A DNA stretch of 64,000 nt from Octopus sinensis (Eukaryota): NCBI RefSeq assembly GCF_006345805.1, contig NC_043001.1, positions 50,220,001-50,284,000 on the forward strand, read 5' to 3'. The notes below the pieces were generated by a model. The model worked only from the letters and a program-made list of their open reading frames with translations. It had not been told where the DNA came from and made no database searches. Both the position numbers and the translations under genes were made by a program. This document shows positions 35,843-48,045 of this stretch, in pieces (position 1 is the stretch's first letter; the number at the start of each line of letters is the position of its first letter).

Positions 35843-37985
35843 ATTGTAAAAGCACTTCTTTTATCAATCACCATTATTATCTCACTGACATCAATCATTA
35901 ACATACAAGCGGAAAACCTCGAAAATAATTGTGAAATTAAAATTTCTCCTAATGTCAGTCAAAATTTAACTCGGTTAGTAAAATCAGGCAAACTGGTTTT
36001 CAATTTTGAAGTCCATATAGCTGATAAAAAGCTCGATGATCTTCTCAATCCTGTACCACTGGATTATTTTGCAAATGCGAGGCATTTCATGTGGATTCCA
36101 GATAAACCAGATGGTTTAGTAATGTATAAAAATGTCCTCTTTGATTTTTCAGTTCATTAATTTAATATATTAGACTTTTACATTGCTTCTCTAAATATTG
36201 TTGTCGATATAAATTGTGGAAAACAAAATATTCGGAGATACGATTCGGTAAGTTTGATTTTCGAAGAATTAAAGAGAATCGTAGTTATCGATAACTTGCA
36301 GATGGGAGAATCTGGATATATGTGTTTTTTTATAAATTTGTCGCGTCGCTTGAGGAATAACAGCCTTTCTACGTTATCAACATAGAGAAGATTGGGTATA
36401 AATCGAGAGATACTGAAGAACCATTGCTGTGAACTACATGAAAATGATAAGCACACTTACGAATCGAAATCCATTTGTTCTGGAAATATCATTGAAAATA
36501 GTATGTTTGACAATTGTGCAAATATTGTTGGAGCAGTTCTGTGGGTTATATTTCCATTATTCATCAGTTTTGTATCAGAAGCTAAATTACCACTATCAGC
36601 TAACCACTCTTTGCCAACTAAAAACACATCGCCAAATTCCAGTGAACCTAACCAGCAACAATCAGCTGACGAGGAAGTCGTCTTGTCAATTGAACAGGCA
36701 TCGCCAGATTCCCCTGAATCTAACAAGCAACAATTACATCACGATGAATTTACAATTGAACACACATTGCCAGACAAATCGGAATGGATTTGTGTAAAAC
36801 ATGATATTTGCAGTTTTTCTCATTTTTTCATCGTGGTTATTTTGCTTTCATTATTCGACTACTGTTGTTTCAAGACTAAGAAGAGGCTTTCTTATTCTGC
36901 TTTCTCTCTCAGAAATTCTCCTGGATCTATTACTGTATTACTTATTTTTATATGAAACGTTGACAATATTTTCACACGATCGTATTCCGTTGGGTTATCG
37001 CTCCTCCATTCTAGGAATCCCGAAAGGTAATGAACTTTCAGGTAGTTTTGTTTTGAATCCTATTGTTGGGATAATCAGTTACATAATTGTTAACTTTATT
37101 CTCTTAGTTCTTCTCAGTCGTGTAAGTGACGCTATTGCTTATAATGCATTATATCAAGAATCCACTTGCACATTTCTCATTAAAGATAAAAAAATTTTAA
37201 TGGAGTATGGTAATTTGAATGTTACTGCACTTCAGGATTATGATCGACTCCTTGCAATAATGAAAGCTAATATTTCTGTTGCTGCAAACCCAGATTTCTG
37301 GTACTTACTATTTAGTACTTGGATTAAACGTATAAAAAAAATGGGATAAAAATGTTCCAAAATTTATATTTTTTTCCTTTTATTGTGATTTTATTTGCTG
37401 TATTTTCTATCTGCGAATTTCTTCTGTGTCTCGTTTATTACGGAATCCCCTTCGTATATTTGATTCTAACTTTACCATTAAGTTATTTCAAAATGTATAT
37501 TTTACCTCTCTATGAGAAACGTAGTCATATTTTCAAGTGTGTTATTGTAATTTTATCGTTGATGTCATTGCTAATTCATATAGCATGGGCATTTTATTCA
37601 AGCTACGTATTTCTTGTTGAATTTATACAGTTAACCAAACCTGTTCACCCAGATTTAGTTCTGTCAATATGTGGAGAGGAATTCATTAAAGCCAAGTTGT
37701 TTAAAGTAATCGTTAACAAACACTGTCCTTTGAGACACGAGATTGGTAAATCCATTGTAAAACTATTTCTAATCGTATCTTTTTATCTTTGCTTGCAATA
37801 ACATAATAAGTCGAAAGGATTTGGGTCTATCAACATTCACACGGATTGCCTTGATGTTGGTGACTTCTGCGATACCTAAATTTTTGTCGAAAATTACTAC
37901 TAAATTTCCTTTTAAGAAACCTCTGTTAGACAATGTTATTGAAACAAAACATTTGGAAAATGAAATGAATCCGAGAGCAAGTTAT
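35843..37985 (+). pseudogene. Pseudogene of the multi-pass membrane protein family (copy A)
   Basis: Colinear with 60597-63407. No ATG or splice acceptor; in-frame TAA near 36097 and 37327; +1 frameshifts near 36826 and 37790; deletion of about 52 codons covering two hydrophobic segments. Confidence 0.9.
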
Positions 37986-38064
37986 GAAATCAATAATATT
38001 TTTCGAAAACTGAAACTATTCCAATATTCCAGAAATTATTCCATCGCTTTTAACTACTGTGCAT

Positions 38065-38700
38065 AGTAATCTGATAGATTACGCCTGATTTTTAGCTCCC
38101 TCGATACTCTTAGCATCATTACTGTTCGCATCTTCCCTGTTTTATAAATTTCGACTGTTGATGTCAGTGGTAACTGCAACGTGCCTCTTTTACGATAAAG
38201 AGCTGAGCTGTTCTATAGAATACATTGCACTTTTGTTCAATGATTTGAACTCGTGATAGTACCACCTCGTATATTAAAAGTGGCCACGAAGGTCGCACAT
38301 ATAAGCCGAAATGAAAACGCCATATTTTACATCCCTAGTAGTTTGATTCATCAATTGCTGTTAGTCTACATCCGGATTTTTCATTATCTGTATCCCGCAA
38401 CTCTTCTCTGGCAATGTTCCAGCCTATATACACTCCAAGCTCTTTACGTGTTCTTCTTTAACTGTTGGGATACTTTCTCTTGCTATTTTAAATTTTAATT
38501 TAATTTTTTCACTGCCTTAATAAATGTTAGAATACGTGTCTTTTTTGCTCTAAATCGCATCCTTTATTGCTTCATCAGCTCATCTAGCCTCGTAAGGGCA
38601 CTCTGCATGATTTGCTTGTCTATAGATAGAAGTGCCAGGTTATTCATTAAGGCCTTCTTATGTGATTGTATATGGGCCATTTGTTCCAAGATGTATGTCA
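38065..38700 (-). mobile_element. Hero/R2-group non-LTR retrotransposon RT fragment abutting the gene 3' end
   Basis: Minus strand: ...QSALTRLDEL...RFRAKKTRIL...IPTVKEEHVKSLG...WPLLIYEVVLSRVQIIEQKC...LQLPLTSTVEIYK. Confidence 0.75.
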
Positions 38701-39892
38701 CTTTCAATTTATAATTTACAATTTTTTATATTTTACTTGTAAATTTATGATTTTAAACTTCATACATTTATGCTTTACTCCAATCCCATTATATGCATAT
38801 TACTAGCTAACTATCAATTTTCCCTCTCTACGGCTTTATCTACTATTCCATTTATAAAGAATTCGCAACTTACTGTATAACTTACATAACATTTTTATTT
38901 CTGCTAATTCTAAACTCTTATACTTAACCTTCAAACTTAATACATTATATATTTTATCTTATCCCTTTTTACCTTGATCGTGTTTTATTACAGTCTGCTT
39001 TATAGGGCTGTCATATCTATATTACTAGCTAAGTATTTACTTTCAATCTAAGCATCTTATCTACTACATTTTATACGACTCGCTATTGTAATTATGCCAC
39101 TGCTCTTGGACATACTAAAATTTTAAATTTCAAATTGATTTTCCTATATCTCCTCTATTTTCTCTATTTTATATATCATCAATTTATCTAAACTATATTC
39201 GTTCAAAACTAACATAGATTATAACTTTTTTGACCACTTTTCAATTAAAGTAATTCTGGCAATAGTTCTTACCATTGTCATCAGTTTCATTCGTCTCATA
39301 CTTTTAATCTTAAACTGAAATAATTTCTCACACATCTAATGAATTTTTGTACCGGTCATAATGTTGTATTGACTGACCATTCTGAGAATCTTTAGTCCAG
39401 ATACACTGGTTTGCTATATATTGTCTTTTCCTCATTTATTAATGTCCGTAGTTCTTGTTATTTTTCCTTTTTCTCCTTCTCTCATGATCTCTATGCTAAT
39501 TATTCACCGTCTAACAATACTTCTATCCACTTTTCGTTTCCTCCCGATATAAGCAAAAAAAAAAAAAATGTCATGTCTGGACGACGCAAAACGTAAGAGC
39601 CACACCTTTGATACAAGTCTGACGAAGTGCAACTCAAATGTCTAAAGCCGCAAACGTTACACAAATTTTAACTTCGAATTATTTACGTAAATAATTGTTA
39701 ACAGAAAAGTTAATCAAAAATAATTGTAACGAATCATTAAAGGTGAATTAAATGATTTATTCGTTTTCTTGTTTGTATTATAGTTTACTCTTCAGCACAC
39801 CCACACAACGTTTTTAAGGTCATGAAACCGGGATTTTCTACACCTGAAGAATTTCGGTATGAGTCTGGAATCCGACAGTGTTAATAGTCCAG

Positions 39893-40030
39893 AATGTTAG
39901 AATACGTGTCTTTTTTGCTCTAAATCGCACCCTGTATTGCTTTATCAGCTCGTCTAGCCTCGTGAGGGCACTCTGCAAGATTTGCTTGTCTATAGATAGA
40001 AGTGTCAGGTCGTCCATTAAGGCCTCCTTA
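39893..40030 (-). mobile_element. Second Hero-type RT fragment retaining the DD motif
   Basis: Minus strand PKEALMDDLTLLSIDKQILQSALTRLDELIKQYRVRFRAKKTRILT; direct repeat of 38525-38655. Confidence 0.75.
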
Positions 40031-40125
40031 GGAGATACAATACCTTTATACCCTACCAGGACCTAAGATATATACAATTTTCAGAATGAGATAAAAATCC
40101 AAGGCTATGAAAGAGTTTAGAACAT

Positions 40126-40605
40126 TTATAAATAGAATGTCTTACAGCTGTTTCTGGGATATTTTATATATCCCTTAATCGGAGACGATGCGAGAAAATG
40201 GTTAAGCAATAGTTAATTTAGATAAGATATGAAATAGAGAGTGAAGTGGAGGAATGAAAATAGTTGTAAGATATACATGGATATTGCATCTGTAGATCCA
40301 TTGTTTAGACAGAATGGTATACATATAAGATTCCAATACCTTGTAAGTTCCAACAGTATTAAGTACTGTTGGAACTTACTCACAAGGTATTGAAATCTTA
40401 TATGTATACCATTCTGCCTAAATAATGGATCTACAGATGCAATATCCATGCATATCTCACGTCTATTTTCATTGCTTCACTTCACTCACTATTTCATATC
40501 TTATCCAAATTAACTATTGTGTAACCATTTTCTCACACCGTCTCCGATGAAGGGTTATATGAAATATACCGGAAACAGCTGTAAGACTTTCTAAATTTAT
40601 ATAAA
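40126..40605. repeat. About 480-bp imperfect palindrome (loop 40359-40363) with a hammerhead-like motif in each arm; duplicate at about 50179-50658
   Basis: Arms are reverse complements along about 235 bp. + strand motif at 40540-40587: gtct-CCGATGA-stem II-GAAACAGCTGTA^agac. Confidence 0.85.
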
Positions 40606-40712
40606 TTTATATAAATCCGGAAGTGCTGTTCTATCTTATGTTATGTTTCGATGTCGCTTGATCGAGGATGCAACGGGTAGGTTTAGCATTTTCAAATTTA
40701 TAATCTTGAAAT

Positions 40713-40769
40713 ATCATGCTGATGAGGGAAATGAATTTTAAAATTCTAATCCCGAAACGCGTACATGAT
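40713..40769 (+). ncRNA. Minimal type I hammerhead ribozyme (Penelope-type)
   Basis: atcatg-CTGATGA-ggga...tccc-GAAAC-gc-GTA^catgat: canonical core, stems I and II pair, palindromic stem III ACGCGU. Confidence 0.8.
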
Positions 40770-41297
40770 TAATCGTAAGACTGGTTGATTTCGATTTTTT
40801 TCCTTGTTGCCTATGTGAGTTACAAGTATTGCGGTCTCTGGAGACATATTGTAGTTAAAAAAATTAGCGGTTTTTAACTGCTATTTCTAAATTTTCGGTA
40901 TGTGGTAAAGCAACTTTTTGCTAAACACTTAATTATATTTATAATTATAAAAAGGCTTTTTGTATAAGTTTTTACCGATTATGGTTTTTTTTCCATACCG
41001 TAGCTACATAGTGAAATTTGTTAATTATTAAATTAATATATATATACATAGAGAGAGCGAGAGGAATACAAAAAACGGGAAAAGAATGCAAAACATCCAC
41101 TCAGATGATACAAAAGAGGGAGAAGAAAAAACACAGACAGGTCATTCAATGTTTTCTTTCCTCAATCGAATTTCGAATGACCCGTCCGTGTTTTTTTCTT
41201 GTCCCTCTTTTGTTTAATCTGTCTGGATGTTTTGTTGTCCTTTTTTGTATTCCTTTTTATATATACATATGGCAGCGTACGTACAGTTTAGTCTCTC

Positions 41298-41379
<82 letters not shown>

Positions 41380-41529
41380 ATATATATAATATATATACAT
41401 ATATGCATTTATACATGTACGTATACTATATATATATAGATGTAGACATATATATATATATATATATATGCATGCATATATATACATACATATTCATATA
41501 TACATATATATACACGTACATATATATCG

Positions 41530-41563
<34 letters not shown>

Positions 41564-41667
41564 GTACATATATATGTATACATATATATATATGCATATA
41601 CATACATATATATATATATATAATATATATACATATACATATATATATTCATATATATATATATACA

Positions 41668-41710
<43 letters not shown>

Positions 41711-41962
41711 ATATATATAAAGGTAAATTTTACAATTTACCTTTTCAAATCAGCTTGCTAAGTATATAGTCAAGAATATTAAATTTATTAACCGTAATAA
41801 ATTCCCTCTACCTAGAAAGGAACCTCTAAGGAAATTACACTCTATTATAAAAGTACTAAGGAAGAAAGGCGCACTGGTTTATGCAAAAAAAAAAACAGGT
41901 ATCCTTGGTAATATAAGCATTCCTTAGTATCAAAGACTTCTTAAGAAAGAAATAACTAAGAA

Positions 41963-42545
41963 CTCGGTAATGCAGTGAAAGCATATTATAAAAATAAAAC
42001 TACTGAATAATAATAATAATATGCAGTACTTGGCAGTGATTCTCATGACTTCTGATCTTATCTGATTGGAAGTGTTATCAAGAACATTGTTTTGTCTTGG
42101 TATAAAAATGGGCTACAGCAAATATTCTCCTCAATACCACAGATTTCCTTGTCTGTTCTTTGACCCCAACCAGTTGAACATGTCCATTAATGGCTGGCGA
42201 TATTTGCATCTCTGATCATGAGTAGAAGTAGTGGGGGAGCATCATAGCCATGTGTTGAGAGGAATTCTTTGGGGTTTGAATAATTCACTTCTGGAAACAT
42301 GGGTGTTTCGTTCCTTATTCAGGGACCTTTTAAGCGGATGGGCTACTCGACCTGAAGAAAATTCTGAGTCCCACCTGCAACGTCATGCACTGCTTATCTT
42401 GATATGAGATTATCATGTCACGCACATATGGGTATGATGCATGTGCCTACTGTACCCTTATCAGACGGATAGTCATGATGAGTATACTGGGCTTCGTATA
42501 TTTTACTCTAGTGTCACTTTGATGGCATGCACTGCTCTCTCACTC
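41963..42545 (+). mobile_element. Last about 45 nt of the R4/Dong LINE, then (AAT)n, then element X, then (AAT)n
   Basis: ctcggtaatgcagtgaaagcatattataaaaataaaactactgaa matches the LINE 3' end at 14324-14370; element X spans 42021-42545. Confidence 0.7.
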
Positions 42546-42918
42546 AATAATAATAATAACAATAATAAGAGTAATAGCAGTGAGAAGAAGAAGAAGAGAA
42601 GAAGAAGAAGAAGAAGAAGAAGAAGAAGAAGAAGAAGAAGAAGAAGAAGATAACAGATAGCGAATATAATATGAAAAGGTAAAAACATACTTTGAACAGG
42701 TAAAAAAAGCAAATTAAATAAAATTTGGTTTTTTTTTGCGGAGAGCGAAAGTGGTAACAAAAATAGGACAGTGAGAACAAGACAGTAAAAGCAAACGTGA
42801 CGGTTGTTAAACCAAGACGATGCTTTGCAGGAAGGACTGTTCTAACGAAGTCGCGTATTGTCCTTACTTTCGGAACGCGGAGTAGACAAAACAGGGAAAA
42901 ACTTATTTTGCATGTCTC

Positions 42919-43018
42919 NNNNNNNNNNNNNNNNNNNNNNNNNNNNNNNNNNNNNNNNNNNNNNNNNNNNNNNNNNNNNNNNNNNNNNNNNNNNNNNNNN
43001 NNNNNNNNNNNNNNNNNN
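42919..43018. other. Assembly gap (100 N)
   Basis: Direct reading. Confidence 1.
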
Positions 43019-44244
43019 CTATATGCATACATTCATATAAATATCTCCCTCCTTTTATACTCAACGGCGAAAAGAATACTGCGTGAACCAATTGATTTGG
43101 CAAGCAAGGTCTTATTTCCGTAAGTGGGATCAGCATGCCATAATACCAGCAAAAGAAAGGTCTCAAACACAGAGTGCATTCTCTCGCTATGACTTCATAC
43201 GTCTGCTATTATTCGGTATACGTGGCTTTTAACAGTTAGAACTTCCATCTGCAAGTTGTTTGCAACTAATAATCGCAGACAACATTGTCGTTATCTACCT
43301 TATGTATGTATATATTCATATATGTATATATGTGCATATATAAATATATATGTATGTAGCTATGCATATATGTTTGTTTCATTTGAAGTGAATAAATCAC
43401 TCAAGCTCAAGTCGTTATAGTGTAGACCAACTGTTTTCTCCCACATTTAGTTTAATCCCGAAAGCAGAAAAAGTTTGCTTTCATGTTCGAGAATTAATAC
43501 TGATGTTTCTAAGAAATTAGTTAAAGCTGTACTTTACAGTATTTACTGAATATATATATACACACATATATATCTCATAGTAACTCGCCCAGAAAAAATG
43601 TAAGAAAATTATTATTATTTCTTGTTATTGTTGATGCTGTTGTGGTCGTTGGTACTGATGCTATTGTTTAGCCGCAGGTCAACCTTAAATAAGCAGTTCT
43701 ATTATACGAAGCAATCCATCTCCGACCACTACCCTGTTTATAGATATGTAATGCCCACTCGAAAGTTTCTATCCAATGTATCCTTTTCTAAAAATTTAAG
43801 GGATGATATGAGGGATATTTAGTTGTCATTTTTAGCATAAACAATGATCTGAGATTGCTTTCGTTCTCCTACCATTCTTGGAATCCCTATAAAATGGTGT
43901 TGCATTTTTCCATTCTGTCTGAGCAGCGGAGAAAAACTGGATACATTGACCCCATAGAAATAGTGGTGAAGTTATTTTACCATGCGCACTGTATAAGGAA
44001 ATACGTAAGAGTTTACAACAATATAATTCGTCTCTGTACAGTCTCCTAAATACTCATAATTAAAAAATGGCATTTAAATTTTATCGAACAAAGGCGTGGT
44101 AAAACAACTTGCTTCCCAACCACATGGTTTGAGATGCAGTCTTACTGAATCAAACCTTGGGCAAGTGTTTTCTACTATAGCCTCGAGCTGACCAAACCGT
44201 TGTGAGTGGATTTGGTAGACAGAAACTGAAAGAAGCCCATCGTA

Positions 44245-44279
<35 letters not shown>

Positions 44280-45506
44280 GCTTTCGGTGCGAATGGCTTT
44301 TTACACGGTGCCGCTTTTACAATCTTGTAAATAATAATAATGGTATATTTATATAAGCTTAAAGCGATCACCGTGCATTGGCTGAGGAAAATAGTCTAAT
44401 AAAGAGGCATATAAACCATCAACAGAAAAATAGAAGGCTTTCCTATCCGTATGGGAGTTGAACCCACATCCCTTTGTTAACGCGACTAAGTGTATTACCT
44501 TTTCACCAGCGAATCAAACTTTCTTTTCCTGTGAAATTTAAGAACTATAATAGTTCGTGTTTGTTTCATTATTATTTACAGTATTGTAAAAACGGCGCCG
44601 CATAAAAAAAAAAACCGAAAGCATATAGAAAGTTTATTTACATATCCACGCGGATAGGAAATCCTTCTGTTTTTTTTATGCCCCTTTATTATACTATTTT
44701 CGGATCTTTTCGGTTTGAACGGCAGTTTTTTCTAGCGGTGTCATATGAAATTGTCACTCAAAATTATGACCCTAGTATCGATCTATTGCATTTCAATCTG
44801 TTTTAGGGTTAGGGTTAGTTAGGGTTAGGTTTAGGGTTAGGGGTGGGGAGAAGGGTATCTTTTTTTTCTTCACGAAAATAAATAAACCCAATCTGTTTCT
44901 TAAACGAGGGACATATTCATACGGCACAGAATGTTTTTTTTACCTCAATAGACGTATTTGATTGGTTGAAATTGCAGAAATTGAAGAAAGAAACAACAAA
45001 TATCTTACAAACTATAGAATTTTCTCAATAATGCCAAGAGAAAAAGATGTTTTATAAACACATTCTACCAGTATACGAAGTTTAAAATTTTTAGTTACCT
45101 AGAAATTATGTTAAAAACTGCCGTTCAAACCGAAAAGATCCCTATTTACCCTAGTTATTGCACGGTGGTCGCAATAAGCTTTAAGCTTATATAAAAATAC
45201 CATTATTATTATTAACAGTATTGTAAAAACGGCACAGTATAAAAACCATTCGCACTGAAAACACATAGGAAGTTTGTTTACATACAAAAGATACAAACAA
45301 ACACGAACTATTATAGTTCTTAAATTTCCCAGGAAAAGGGAGGCTAATTGGCTAGTATAAAGGTAACACAGTCACGTTAACAAAGGAATGTGGGTTCGAC
45401 TCCTATGCAGATAGAAAAGCCTTCTTTTCTCTGACGAGGGTTTATTTGCCCCTTTATTAGACTATTTTCCTTAGTCAATGCACGGTGATCGCCAAAAATA
45501 CTATTA

Positions 45507-45598
<92 letters not shown>

Positions 45599-45902
45599 AT
45601 ACTTACGTGGGTTGGATGTGTGTGTGGGGAGATGTTTGTGGCTCGGCAAATTGATCGATAAAATAAGTACCAGGCTTAAAAATTAAGTATTGGGGTCGAT
45701 TCATTCAACTAAAAGCTCAAAGTGGGCACCAGCAGGGCTGCAGTATAATGGCTGAAAATAGTTAAAGAAGTTTTTATCGACTCCGAACGGATAAGACGAC
45801 CTCAGCGAAATTTGAAGTATATAAAGACAGACAAAACACCACAAAGCATTTTATCCGGCATGTAAACAATTCTGCCAGCTTCTAAGAACCATCAAATACC
45901 AT

Positions 45903-48045
45903 ATTGTAAAAGCACTTCTTTTATCAATCACCATTATTATCTCACTGACATCAATCATTAACATACAAGCGGAAAACCTCGAAAATAATTGTGAAATTAA
46001 AATTTCTCCTAATGTCAGTCAAAATTTAACTCGGTTAGTAAAATCAGGCAAACTGGTTTTCAATTTTGAAGTCCATATAGCTGATAAAAAGCTCGATGAT
46101 CTTCTCAATCCTGTACCACTGGATTATTTTGCAAATGCGAGGCATTTCATGTGGATTCCAGATAAACCAGATGGTTTAGTAATGTATAAAAATGTCCTCT
46201 TTGATTTTTCAGTTCATTAATTTAATATATTAGACTTTTACATTGCTTCTCTAAATATTGTTGTCGATATAAATTGTGGAAAACAAAATATTCGGAGATA
46301 CGATTCGGTAAGTTTGATTTTCGAAGAATTAAAGAGAATCGTAGTTATCGATAACTTGCAGATGGGAGAATCTGGATATATGTGTTTTTTTATAAATTTG
46401 TCGCGTCGCTTGAGGAATAACAGCCTTTCTACGTTATCAACATAGAGAAGATTGGGTATAAATCGAGAGATACTGAAGAACCATTGCTGTGAACTACATG
46501 AAAATGATAAGCACACTTACGAATCGAAATCCATTTGTTCTGGAAATATCATTGAAAATAGTATGTTTGACAATTGTGCAAATATTGTTGGAGCAGTTCT
46601 GTGGGTTATATTTCCATTATTCATCAGTTTTGTATCAGAAGCTAAATTACCACTATCAGCTAACCACTCTTTGCCAACTAAAAACACATCGCCAAATTCC
46701 AGTGAACCTAACCAGCAACAATCAGCTGACGAGGAAGTCGTCTTGTCAATTGAACAGGCATCGCCAGATTCCCCTGAATCTAACAAGCAACAATTACATC
46801 ACGATGAATTTACAATTGAACACACATTGCCAGACAAATCGGAATGGATTTGTGTAAAACATGATATTTGCAGTTTTTCTCATTTTTTCATCGTGGTTAT
46901 TTTGCTTTCATTATTCGACTACTGTTGTTTCAAGACTAAGAAGAGGCTTTCTTATTCTGCTTTCTCTCTCAGAAATTCTCCTGGATCTATTACTGTATTA
47001 CTTATTTTTATATGAAACGTTGACAATATTTTCACACGATCGTATTCCGTTGGGTTATCGCTCCTCCATTCTAGGAATCCCGAAAGGTAATGAACTTTCA
47101 GGTAGTTTTGTTTTGAATCCTATTGTTGGGATAATCAGTTACATAATTGTTAACTTTATTCTCTTAGTTCTTCTCAGTCGTGTAAGTGACGCTATTGCTT
47201 ATAATGCATTATATCAAGAATCCACTTGCACATTTCTCATTAAAGATAAAAAAATTTTAATGGAGTATGGTAATTTGAATGTTACTGCACTTCAGGATTA
47301 TGATCGACTCCTTGCAATAATGAAAGCTAATATTTCTGTTGCTGCAAACCCAGATTTCTGGTACTTACTATTTAGTACTTGGATTAAACGTATAAAAAAA
47401 ATGGGATAAAAATGTTCCAAAATTTATATTTTTTTCCTTTTATTGTGATTTTATTTGCTGTATTTTCTATCTGCGAATTTCTTCTGTGTCTCGTTTATTA
47501 CGGAATCCCCTTCGTATATTTGATTCTAACTTTACCATTAAGTTATTTCAAAATGTATATTTTACCTCTCTATGAGAAACGTAGTCATATTTTCAAGTGT
47601 GTTATTGTAATTTTATCGTTGATGTCATTGCTAATTCATATAGCATGGGCATTTTATTCAAGCTACGTATTTCTTGTTGAATTTATACAGTTAACCAAAC
47701 CTGTTCACCCAGATTTAGTTCTGTCAATATGTGGAGAGGAATTCATTAAAGCCAAGTTGTTTAAAGTAATCGTTAACAAACACTGTCCTTTGAGACACGA
47801 GATTGGTAAATCCATTGTAAAACTATTTCTAATCGTATCTTTTTATCTTTGCTTGCAATAACATAATAAGTCGAAAGGATTTGGGTCTATCAACATTCAC
47901 ACGGATTGCCTTGATGTTGGTGACTTCTGCGATACCTAAATTTTTGTCGAAAATTACTACTAAATTTCCTTTTAAGAAACCTCTGTTAGACAATGTTATT
48001 GAAACAAAACATTTGGAAAATGAAATGAATCCGAGAGCAAGTTAT
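45903..48045 (+). pseudogene. Pseudogene copy B (duplicate of A, possibly an assembly artefact)
   Basis: Identical translated fragments and the same lesions as copy A. Confidence 0.85.

Noticed and set aside
39620-39885. Additional hammerheads (ctgacga near 39628, ctgaaga near 39846); also ctgatga near 53741 and 58263
   Set aside because: The GAAA half of the core or the stems are missing or misplaced; at best decayed relics.
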